Below are positions 51,801 through 61,814 of a stretch of DNA of 64,000 nt, piece by piece. Position 1 is the stretch's first letter. Each line of letters begins with the position of its first letter. Made by a program: the position numbers and the translations under genes. Where the stretch lies: NCBI GenBank assembly GCA_051294905.1, contig CM119371.1, forward strand, positions 29,452,001 through 29,516,000. The letters are read 5' to 3'. The stretch is from Botryllus schlosseri (lineage: Eukaryota). The notes below the pieces were generated by a model. It was not told the DNA's origin and searched no databases. It was given only the letters and a program-made list of their open reading frames with translations.

Positions 51801-54800
51801 CCCGGCCTAAATTGATACAAGAGAAAATCACATTTTGACGATGTGTGTTTACTGTCAGTCTGCTGGATCGGCTCACTTTCAATAGGACAATTCATTCCTG
51901 TCAAATAAGGCCTACTTGGAAAGACATAGAACACCCCTATAAGTGCTGCGGCCCACGGCGTCGTCAAAACGCGAAAACTGGCCCGCGAGCACATTTGAGT
52001 TTGAGACCTCTGTTCTAGAACATAACCAGGCCATGAGTCAAAAATCTTCTATTGGCAAACATTTACTAGAAAATCATACATGTGCTGCTAACTACCACGA
52101 GGACATGTTCTCTGTATTGGCTAAGGGTCGCAATTTATTTCATTTGTCTGTTCTTGAGTCCACCATCATCACTTTGAGTAAACCTAGTTTGTGCCAACAG
52201 AAAGAATTTGTGTATCATTTGAAAATCGCGCATTAACTTGTTTGGCTTCGCTATCTCCATGCCAACGCTTCAGTTCTCTCGTTTTCCTAACTTTGTATGT
52301 TTTCAGTGTGACGTCATAATTAGCGATATATATTGTTGCTGAACAAAGTTATTCGAATTCTCGCATTATTGCTGACGATATTCCCCTGACGAGCGTCAGC
52401 CGAAAAGCTTCGGGAATAAATATGAATATTTTACTCAAATGTGTTATGAATTTTTTTTATTATTTCTACCATAATACATAGGCTATTGTAACCACTGGAA
52501 TTCTCCATAGGGTCAGATTTCGGTAAAATATTGTTTTTTTTTTCATGTAAAAAGTTGCCTGTTTCTGAGCCAATCAGGTTTTTTCATGCCAAACTACTTC
52601 GTTGGGACAGCCAGTTCCTACCAGAAATGGAGATAAGTGGTACAAGTTTTATGTTATGTTGGAAAGCACCTAATTTGCATACGTTTGGTCAAAATTTGGT
52701 CAAAATTCAGTTTGTTTAGGTCAAAAAATGTCAAAATTTTGATTTTGTAGGTCCAAATTTTCCTTTTTTTTAGGTAAAAAACCACCCTAGTGATTACATT
52801 CTAATTCTGTCTCAGTGTCGTCCTACAAAAAAATCGACCAAGAGAATGATGGTCATTGATGTGGGAGTATTTTCAGCTTCTGTGTCTTCAATTGGAGATA
52901 TTTTTAGTTGTAATATGTTTGCTACAGGCCTACCTTTCCTCGACTTGGTTTCGTAAATGGAGAGAATTATTGGAATTTTCGAAGTTCAATGATAGCGCAT
53001 TGTTCAAATTAAATTACACCTTAGAGATAATTATTCTTTATTGAAGTTTTGATAGTTGCCGATGTTATATTCAATGATGCCTCCCGAATACCCGAAGTAT
53101 TGTACAAGTTAATGAGACTTCGGATGATCGCATTCGAAAGATACCAATATCTATTGTAATAACAACGGATTGCTCTTTATTTGGAGAACGCCACAATTCG
53201 TTGACGTACGCCTACTTGAACGGTACGTAATGGCATTATAGATTACTCTTATTTCCGAGCGACATTGCCATATCGTAAGGTAGAGAATGCCACATGCTCT
53301 CACTTTTAAAGCAAGTTATTTCCATGGACGTAGATAATTAGAAGAGAAACCTCCAGTTTTATTATATTCATACGGCTTCGACTATTTAGTTTCAGACCAT
53401 TGTCAAGGCCGAAGTTGAAGCGAGCAATTTCGGGAATCGTCATTTGCTGGTGTATTTCGATTCTTATTGGATTTATACCTTTGACCCCTTCGTTCGAAGA
53501 TTACTTTCTGAAAGAAGTGTCGTGAGTGAAATCTTCTTTGACGTTGATGCGACAATGAGTCTATTGGTACTTTAATTGAGGCGGTTTGCTGGTTACATTG
53601 GTTGCCTGATATATATATTTAATATTTAAAAATCATATATGCTACTGAAAAACAGTTCTTTTTCGGAGTGACAGCGATTTCGTAAGTTATTTTGACTCTA
53701 ACTAATGAATTAAATCGGATCTCATATTAAACTTATTGTGCATCAGCTACAATAAAGTTCAATGTTGAACACTGAATACTGGTCAGCAAAAAAACCAATG
53801 AAATCGGTCCGCAGATCAGAAAATGATGTCGAATCTGCTGTAGAGGGCTCAAATTTCATTCATTCATACCACGATACGCTATTTTGTCCAAAAATACGCG
53901 ATCCCATGAGGAGCCATCACCGGTAACAACGCATCGACAGGCAATGGTTATTCATAGCGAAATACTCCAGTTATAGCGAAGTTGGCGTGAACACTGTAAT
54001 GCGTGTCTTTAGGTTCAATGACACTGCAATCTTTAAAACAAAAGTCCACCGCAACGATAAAGAGCTTTTGATAAAATGGTTGGGATTCCTAAACAACGGC
54101 ACGATTCGAAGACACGGCGACAGGTGATTACTACCATTTTATGTGCATTCCGAATTGGAAATTACTGACGATTTGATCGATTGTCATAACAGCACGGAAT
54201 GGGGCACATTGAGAAGACTGATTTCTCAAATAAATACATACAGTCCGATTTTGGCTACACACGAATTCGGATATTATTCAAGTCATACAGTTTGCCTGCC
54301 TACGTTCTTTCCCGACCGAAAGAATGACGGGTCATGGGTGTACTCATTGGTTCTTCTATTGCTAAATTTCCTGTCGTTCGTTTTCATGCTCGTGGGCTAC
54401 ATCGCCTTGTACAGGTATGAGTTATCAGTCTAGGGCAAGTTTTTGAAGCAGTTAAATCCGTGGAAAGTTGCATTTATTTTTGAAAAAAGTTGCAGAAGTT
54501 GCATTTTGACCACATTTTGCTCGGTTGACTAAAAAAATGGTCAATTTTCCGGCTCAGCTCCCGAAATACCCGTGGAAGCGTTACTTCGGTGCTGATTTAC
54601 GGTGTTTCAATTGAATTCGGCCGTGTATTTCACCAAAAATGAAAATACTTTCATGAAAAATCGAGAAAGTTGCAAAATGTTGCAAAAAGTTACATGAAAA
54701 AAATGGTCAAAAGTTTCAAAAAGTTGCACTGTAAGATTCTTTCAAACAGCTTAAAGCAGCATTTTACATATCTTACGAGTATTTAGGAAGCTGCCGGAAG

Positions 54801-56614
54801 CTGCAAAAAAAAAAGTGGCAAAAGTTGCAAAAACTTGCCCTAGTTATCACGTATCTTGCTATTTGCAATGCTAATAACATCAACAATATTATATTGCTGT
54901 ATATAACTTCGCTAAAAATAAATCAATCATATCTGAATTTAGTGGCGTCAGGGATATAATGCGAGTGTAAAAATAGGGAAACATTTGAACTATGGAGAGA
55001 TTCAAACCAGAGAGTCTCACAATAGCGAAGCATTCAATATAATTCAAACCTACCATACTCGCACACTAACCATGATCTTGAATCAAACAGACCTCACTTT
55101 ACCCTTAATCCCAACCGCAGCCCTAATGTTAACCCGAACACAAAACTAACCTAACCTGAATGGTAACACAACCGAACCGAACCTCTAACTAACCACAACT
55201 CGGTTTTACCCTAATCTTAACCCTAACTATCTATTTCCAATTCCTCGTTATTATGGCAATCGGTGTTTTGGCTCTCGGTGTTTTGACCCTCGCCAATTTG
55301 AACGACAGCCGGAATTATTCTGTGTTCGAACATTGTAGAAATGGGCAGTTCATTTCCACCGTTTGGGGTACACATTGTTGAAACTGATGATTTTCATATA
55401 CACATTGTTAAACTGTTGTATATATTGTACATATTGTGTATTCGTTGTATACTGTACTAGTGTTTGGAATACTCTGGAACCTTGATAGCTAACCACTAGT
55501 CTCCCTGCATGAGTGAGAATGACTCATATTGAAAGCGTTCTGGTTTCTCGTGTACGTCCGAGTTAATGTTTTGATACCCGGATGTAATTGGTTTGATTTT
55601 GGCTTACCTCGTGGTAGTACGATACGTCGCTCGCTGTATGAATAGGTCCGCGGTAATATACTCCGCTGCGTGTGTTGGACTGATGTTAGTCAAGTGTAAA
55701 GAATAAGGATCTCAAGCCGCAGGTAGACCGGTGTAGATTCTGAATTTCATCACACATGATGTCATTATGTTGATCAGCTGCCTTACATACCAAATCGCTT
55801 TCACTTTTCAAAGCTTTTATATACCGACTCACAAATCAACATCAGTATAATCTATCGGTGCCACGTTATATTCAGTCGTGCATTTGATATATTCTACAGA
55901 AGAGCTAACGACATGGTGGTTCTGGAATCGTCCACGGCTCGCGAACAACGAGTCAAACAAAGTGCCGCAATGCAACGCAAACTTACCAGAATTCTCGCGT
56001 CTGATTTTTTATGCTGGATGCCCGTCTGTATTATGGGTTTCCTGCAATTGGCAGGTATCAACTATGAGCGGTTTAACTTTTTCTAAATTTTAAACATACA
56101 CTATACAGGTAGTTGAATTTCGAATGCAAGTTGGAATCGAAATAAGGAATACATTTTCAATCGTTCCGAATCCAAATTCAGGCCCGATATCGGATCCAAA
56201 TATTCTGATTAGTGAAAGTATCCTAGTTGATATTGTTTCCACAAGGGCAGTTTCCTAATCGTATTCAGAGGTTTTGTGTGGTACATTTCATTCCAGTAAT
56301 CACCAGAATTGATATTATATAACATTTTTACCTCATAATACTGATGTGGTTCGATAAACTTCCAATTAGGCAGCAGTACCGATATTTTGACGACGGATGT
56401 GTCGAATAAATCCAATATAAAAATAGGCCTGTTGTCACTTTCAATGACTTCATGCCGCATAAAACAAGTTGCTTGCCAATTAACAACGGAAAATACTATG
56501 CTGTAGCTAATAATTTCAGGGATTGATATACCGAAGGACGCCTATCTGCCAACAGGCCTACTGATTCTGCCAATAAACAGCGCTCTCAATCCATTTCTCT
56601 ACATCTATACATAG
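27804..56614 (+). CDS. LDLa-repeat class A GPCR (GRL101/RXFP-type 7TM, no LRRs recognised), ~22 exons; carries an apparent frameshift/stop, so possibly a pseudogene or an assembly error
   Basis: Exons: 27804-27855 (signal peptide MILYLCFALLIAGASIQG), 29427-29517, 31629-31774, 32157-32192, 35641-35799, 35864-35948, 36361-36409 (in-frame TAA at 36401), 38457-38504, 38919-38960, 40103-40139, 42810-42833 (tentative), 43933-44016, 45236-45296, 45480-45581, 47486-47615, 48166-48314, 48376-48557, 53396-53521, 54013-54123, 54193-54414, 55900-56054 and 56520-56614. LDLa motifs: [58 protein letters not shown]. 7TM motifs: LSVSDLFVGLY, EWRSSTTCAILG, GYYSSHTVCLP, LNFLSF, SDFLCWMP, LPINSALNPFLY. All phases fit except at 36409. 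The exons between 38457 and 44016 are less certain. Confidence 0.85.
27901..28030. repeat. Imperfect (GA)n tract in GPCR intron 1
   Basis: Directly visible in the sequence. Confidence 0.9.
28334..29123. mobile_element. hAT-type MITE
   Basis: Imperfect TIRs CAGACCCGGGCAAA / TTTGCCCATCCTTG, subterminal GGCCCG motifs and a perfect TSD ATCTATAC. Confidence 0.8.
34857..35634. mobile_element. hAT-type MITE inserted at a splice acceptor
   Basis: Perfect 15-bp TIRs CAGTGGTTCTCAACC / GGTTGAGAACCACTG; perfect TSD ATTTAGAT at 34849-34856 and 35635-35642. An older relative lies at ~33793-34283. Confidence 0.9.
36541..38380. mobile_element. hAT-type MITE containing MITE 36583-37464 and a diverged SINE (~37520-37760)
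   Basis: Outer TIRs TGTGGTTCTCAACC / GGCTGAGAACCACTG with a degenerate TSD TCCTAATC/TCCTAGCC. The inner element has a perfect TSD CTATAGAG. Confidence 0.75.
41351..42725. mobile_element. hAT-type MITE containing the hAT remnant 41635-42500 (-)
   Basis: Outer TSD GACTAAAG/GACTACAG. Inner TIRs TAGGGCGTTTTTTT / AAAAAAATCACCCTA with TSD GTTATGAC/GGTATGGC. Confidence 0.7.
44808..45100 (+). mobile_element. tRNA-derived SINE variant
   Basis: B-box-like GGTTCCAATCC and the shared body GCCGTGCTACAAGTCGGCAG, but a different 3' part. Confidence 0.6.
46700..47425 (-). mobile_element. Decayed non-LTR retrotransposon 3' fragment with an RNase H domain (I/Nimb/Ingi-like)
   Basis: Frameshifted pieces VAILSDCLSQL (cf. 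IxSDSxSAL), LVWIPTHCGIQHNDIAE (cf. WIPSHxGIxGNExAD) and EQITLFRMKS followed by a Cys cluster. Ends approximate. Confidence 0.75.
49362..52012. mobile_element. hAT-type MITE inserted in the Penelope ORF
   Basis: TIRs CAGAGGTCTCAAAC / GTTTGAGACCTCTG; perfect TSD TTCTAGAA. Confidence 0.9.
49926..51461. mobile_element. hAT-type MITE nested in 49362-52012
   Basis: TIRs CAGTGGTTCTTAACC / GGTTAAGAACCACTG; perfect TSD ACTTAGAC. It contains repeated GGGCCGTAACAG-type fragments. Confidence 0.88.
52371..52418 (+). ncRNA. Minimal type I hammerhead ribozyme (Penelope-associated)
   Basis: UAUUCCC-CUGACGA-G-CGUCAGC-C-GAAA-AGCU-UC^-GGGAAUA: 7-bp stem I and palindromic helix III (AAGCUU). It lies ~135 nt after the GIY-YIG stop at 52236. 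Confidence 0.87.
54431..54842. mobile_element. MITE with AAAGTTGCA internal repeats
   Basis: Perfect 15-bp TIRs TAGGGCAAGTTTTTG / CAAAAACTTGCCCTA, starting just inside the intron that follows the TM5 exon (ends 54414). Confidence 0.8.
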
Positions 56615-56914
56615 GGTCCGACTTTGCAACGCTTTGAACCCAAGACCTTCCGCTTTAACTGGAGATGATTTATCTAAACTGAGGGAAGCTTGCGGAAATG
56701 CCACGGACTGTTGGACCGCGAACGACATTACCTATTTTAGAAGAATGAATCGTTTATATTCTCGAACTGCGATGATATAAATGAACTCGAAATAGATTTT
56801 TTGAGCTTGAATTGAATTTGCATACACATTCACGTGATGTTTGTTTGTTTGTGGTATTTACCGTGACTATTATTGATTCAGTAGAATTCAATGATACGTC
56901 ATACCTGGGAATAT

Positions 56915-59900
56915 TATGACCCGCGGGCCTAATCTGGCCCGTGACGGGATTCTGACTGACCAGCCAAAGGTCGCTTGAATTTTGAATATAAAACCCAGTT
57001 TTGAACATAATGCTTGGACCAAAACCTATTTGTAAAGACTATTTGTATCCCTTGCACCGTTATCTGGATTCAACATAAAGCTAATACACCAAGGTTTGTC
57101 AAGAAAGGAAGTCAGAAGTCATTGTTTCCATGTAGTATAATTCAAACGTTTGATGTTGCAATTGTTATATAGCGATTGACTCGGGTCATCCGTTTCCAAA
57201 TGCCTGATTTGTGAAATAAATCTATCAGTGCACGTGATTAGCGGTCATCATCACCCATAAACGATGAGCAGGTTGTCAAAAAAGAAATGTGTAGTCTGAA
57301 TGCCTAAATCTCAAGAAGATGAGGGCCACTAAGTATGTGTTTACTAAAGTCAGAGGCACCACCGTCTTTTTGTTTAGTGAATGAGGCTGACAGAGCGCGA
57401 AAATTAGAAGATCTGTTAGAGAAGCTAACAAATCAAAGAAGTTATTTTACCGATCTACACAGAGCCCAGAATGCAGATACCTAGACCAGCTCCGTAGTGT
57501 ACCAAATGAATTTGAGTTTCTTATTAGAAAGAGATTGTCCGGAATTTGATGTGATTAAAACAGAGTATACTATGTTCTATGTATATATTTGTTTGAAATA
57601 ATGACACTGAATAATTCCGTTTTGTAAATTAGTTCCCACTTTCTTTTATTGCTTACTATTAATGCATCCACATAGTAACCTGTTTTAATGTAATTCATCA
57701 CGTTCAATTTAAAAATAAAATGAATTATCACCAGAAGAGATAGTTATATTATGCCCTAATCGGCCGTCTGGATATTATCTGCTGCTCAATGGACCCGTCG
57801 GCAAAAGTAGGCCTAATTGCCTCCCCGTGCTATATTGTTGGCGTCACATCAGTACCGGGGGGATTTCTCTCGTCTGGGGACGAGTTTCCGGGTGACGACC
57901 AGCAATGATCCAGTTACGTGCGGTCAGGGGAGGCACGTGAGGCAGTGCCTCACCTGTCGCCAGGATGAGTGAAAGAATATTCTGTAAACCTTCAATGATG
58001 ACACTGGCCAGTAATAGAATTTCATCCTGGACGTTGAGAACGATTTTAGGGTATACCAGAGGCTATAAGCGCAAAAATGACATTCGTTTCTGAAAATATG
58101 CTCCAGATTTTCCAGATATCTCCGAAGTGGCGAAGATATTTATTTTTTATTTATTTTTCATATAATTTAAATTGGCTTTCATAATATCTGAACAGTCTAT
58201 ATTAAATGTTTTATTAAGTCCCCCTGCACTGACAAAATGAGAAAGTTCGAAAGGTAAACGCACAATCAGATCAGCTGAACGAAGCTGGGCTGCATAAATA
58301 TATACTTTTCCGTACATCCAACACTGTATTGGCATTGTCATCGGATTCTCCTATCACAGGGGTGGGCAAACTTTTCAGGTTGCTAGCGCCGTAGGGGTTG
58401 GCCACGCAAGTTCTCTCTCTCATAGTCTAGCACCCGATCGTTGCACACCCCTGCACTAAAGCATCCTAATGCTGCCCGACAGTTTTTTTTTAGAGAAACC
58501 ATGATCGGAAAAATCTTGTGGTGGATTCAACCAATACAAGGGTCGCTACATTTTCATGATTTCTACGCGTCTCGCTGATTGGCCTAGTAGGCCAAAGAAA
58601 TTAAACAAATATTACATACTATAAGATCGCTCAGAGGCCACCGCGACCCATACTTTCAGGACCTCATATACAAAGTAATCGAACATGTGGAGAATATATA
58701 TATGTATACATATGAATATATATTTAAACAATTTAAATGTCGATTTGATGATAATGCACACGCGCCAGAAACATTCCCGAGATTTTATAAACTGGCCATC
58801 CTGAATCAATACGTCAAAATAAGGGATGAAAGAAGGTTGTGCTGATTCTTAGGATTGGATGAAAATTTGAATATGTGAGCAACGATCGGCTTATAGATAT
58901 GTTGATTCTGCGTCTGTTCAAACTTCAGAGCACGCAGTTCTGACAACAACATGTTACCTGTAAATGCGTTTCAGCATAGGGCTTAGGCTACTGTATTCAG
59001 CTTGTCTTTTCACGTTCTTTCGTGAGGACGACATCAACATAATTTACTATTGTCTCAAACTCCGTTGATTTATTTTGCACCTCACAATTTTATAAACTGT
59101 GCCTATATTTCGGATGTTGGGATTCAAATAGTGTTTTGAATTGCAGCAACGAATTCATTATAATAATGTCATAATATGACAAGTAATACGTATTACGTTA
59201 CCATCGACGCCGGAACGGAAGTAAGCCCACCTATAACTTGAGTCTTCATTGATTGCAGCAGCATTCATCTCTTTCCGCTTTTTGTCTTGCTTTGGGCTAC
59301 TCATTATGGATAAGTTGAGACCGAAGTTATTATTGATTTGCAACTAACTGCGCATCATATAGAGGACGAATCTACCAAACTCACGCACGAATCGTTTTTC
59401 CAAGTACAGCACTGAAAGTTCTACTCTAAAATAAACATTATGATCCGAACTCACTCATCCCCGCTTTCATTGTCTTGGATGTTTAGCAACCGAAGTATTT
59501 CAAAATGCGTATAGGACCCTAGTTCAATCAAGTCGCTCCATGAAGTTGATTTTTTACTGCACATTTTTATCAGTAATTGCTATCACGTTTCTCAATGCAT
59601 TGGGGGCAACACAAAATGTTACCATGCGGCCACCGGGCCCTAGTTTGCCAACCCCTGCCCTATAATATTGTAATCTGTGACACTTAACTTCCTATACTTA
59701 TGAAGGCGATTAAAGTGAAAATAAATGGCAGTTATTCGGTAATAACAAACCAAGAATACCTAAGCCTACAAAGAGACGACAATTTGTATAGACACAGACG
59801 AAAGGTAAGCGAATTTTTTGTTTGTCAAGGAATATATGCAAAGCTTCACGGAGAAATATATCCATCTCAGGATGAGCATTTATAAAGTTCATATAGTGGT

Positions 59901-59950
59901 ATGTGGGATTTGGGAGACAGTGCCTCACCATCCATGAACCTCACCGCATG
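56915..59950. repeat. Cluster of decayed MITE fragments downstream of the GPCR
   Basis: GGCCCG subterminal motifs (56920-57830), GAGGCAGTGCCTCACC motifs (~57940 and ~59920) and a mini element CAGGGGTGGGCAAAC...TTGCACACCCCTG (58357-58453). Confidence 0.5.
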
Positions 59951-60994
59951 CCATAGCACTGATGTGATTCGAAACCAAGCCTACCGATCATCTCTTAAAG
60001 CACTGGGCGCCCGCGGCTTATTGCATGCGGAATTACCGACCTAAGGATGAATCCAAGTTATTCAGCTTGGGATTTATCTTTGGTAAACAATCCATGACGG
60101 ATAGCGTTGTCGCATTTAACACGTCCCTTTCTTGACGTGTTCGAGTAAGGCTACTCAGCTATTTTTTAGCAAACGTCCAGTTACAAAAGTTAAAAAGTTG
60201 CTTAGATCTGTTAATACTCCAACACTGCACAGCACCGTCAATGTGCATATGGCCTTTATTGCGCGGATCTTTCAATTACGTCGATCGGATCCGGATGCGG
60301 ATGACAGTTACGAAGTGAAAAAGGTATGCGAATTCGTCCTATCAAGTTCAAGCGCTCACCACGAAAAGAAACTTTGAAGAGAACTGACATATTGCTAATC
60401 TGTTAAGCACCGGCATTGAGATCGTGATTCTGAGGCTTGTTCGAAAATGAACCATTTTAGTCATTACCTTACCAAATCTTGCATTCAGGGAACTTTACTC
60501 GTAATGTCAGGACAGTAACTACCGCACACCATTAATTAGAAGTTTAATCTTCCAAACTCTATCACAGGCCTTTTAACAAAATGTTAACGAGTTAAAAAAG
60601 CACCATTCTACCTTCAGACAATTCTGGAATACGATGTTTGGTGATACCCAAACGTCGAAATTTGCCACCGTCAATACTATGAGTTCAAAGATGATTAAAA
60701 TTTCAATTTAAGATTGCACGGCATTGACTGGTCAAAATTGCTTGAAATTTGGCGTGAAACTATAGCGTCCATGCATTGAGAAACATAAGGAAATGTCATG
60801 ATGACAATTTGTAAGAGTAGGCCTATACGTGCCGACTAAGTTATCTGAAATCCCTGTTCCAATAAGGGATAAGGCGTCAGACTATTGCTACATTGATATT
60901 GATTAGAGTGAAATTTCTATACTGTACTCCAACTTGTGCTATGAAGTAACCGTAGACCAGTTTGGACGAATTTGGTTTTTATGATACAATAAAC

Positions 60995-61560
60995 CAGTGC
61001 CTTTCAACCTTTTTGAGCTTCATTCGCACTTTTTTGTAAAAATAAATTTCATTCGCACAAACTAACAAAAAATTGGTATACAAAAAGAAAATGAAAATAC
61101 AACATTTATTTGTTGAGATGTGCAACAAATTGGCTACTATTTATCTTAAGCTATCAAGTGTCTCATCACAAACGCTACTATTTTCGCTCGCTTTGATTTC
61201 AACTATTTCACTAAAACCCTTCTCGGCCAAGCAAGTTGTTGGGTTTTGTACAAGAACGTCTGCTAGGGCTTGGATGGCCAGGTCTTTAAATCTGTTCTGC
61301 ATTGCTATCCAAAATGCAACGTATTTTTTCACGAGTGAAAAATGCTTGCTGTGAGAAATCGATTTTGAGAGTTGACAAAAGGTTCTAGAAGGCTCCAGTA
61401 TGTCGAAATGATGAAAAACCACTTGTTTGTGTTGAGGCTTTTGCCTTAGGTATTAGAGAATAAGGTCCAAACGATCAAGGAGAGTAGGCACATTAGAGCT
61501 CGCTACCTTATGATACGTTGCTCCAAATTTTATTTTCGATTTCCCATTTTCAGTCTCGCG
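60995..61560 (-). mobile_element. Buster/hAT transposon end with a dimerisation-domain remnant
   Basis: Terminus CAGTGCCTTTCAACCTTTTT. ORF 61141-61422 reads FWIAMQNRFKDLAIQALADVLVQNPTTCLAEKGFSEIVEIK, matching the FW...TTYLxExGFS...IK pattern. Confidence 0.75.
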
Positions 61561-61814
61561 AGTATGTGGGAGGAGCAAATAAACTTACGATAATGTGTGC
61601 TCAGCCCTTTAGCTCAATCTAACTTGGGAATTCATAACAGTTTCATAACGTTAGATGAAGAATATCGACATGGGGTGAAATGACGACAGAATGTTGAAAG
61701 CAGTACAAAGCAGTAGTTTCGAGTATTTGCTCTTAATACTAGATAACGAGCAAACGCATCGGCTGAGGTCAAAGTCTGTTTATAGTTTATGTAGTTTATA
61801 GTTTCCCTTTCCAG

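Larger units (their letters stand above)
49311..52445 (+). mobile_element. Penelope-like 3' fragment (second subfamily), interrupted by the MITE at 49362-52012
   Basis: Removing the MITE and one TSD restores KSYISKSQHNNPLVLEHNQAMSQKSSIGKHLLENHTCAANYHEDMFSVLAKGRNLFHLSVLESTIITLSKPSLCQQKEFVYHLKIAH* (stop at 52236). This is homologous to the 23405-23881 ORF and is followed by the hammerhead. Confidence 0.85.
48808..52789 (+). mobile_element. hAT-like element hosting a multi-level nest
   Basis: Perfect TSD GTGATTAC at 48800-48807 and 52790-52797; right TIR AAAAAACCACCCTA. The two halves (48808-49295 and ~52450-52789) match 10356-11420. Confidence 0.8.

Noticed and set aside
54120..54195. Apparent premature TGA in ECL2
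   Set aside because: It lies inside a 69-nt intron (54124-54192).
55070..55230. Telomere-like TAACCC tracts (also ~2430-2520 and ~25905-26020)
   Set aside because: Degenerate and enclosed by inverted termini, so MITE interiors rather than telomeres.
60181..60322. Exon-like stretch ending in a phase-0 donor upstream of GPCR copy 2
   Set aside because: No cysteines in that frame and no similarity to the LDLa exons, so it cannot be linked to the receptor.
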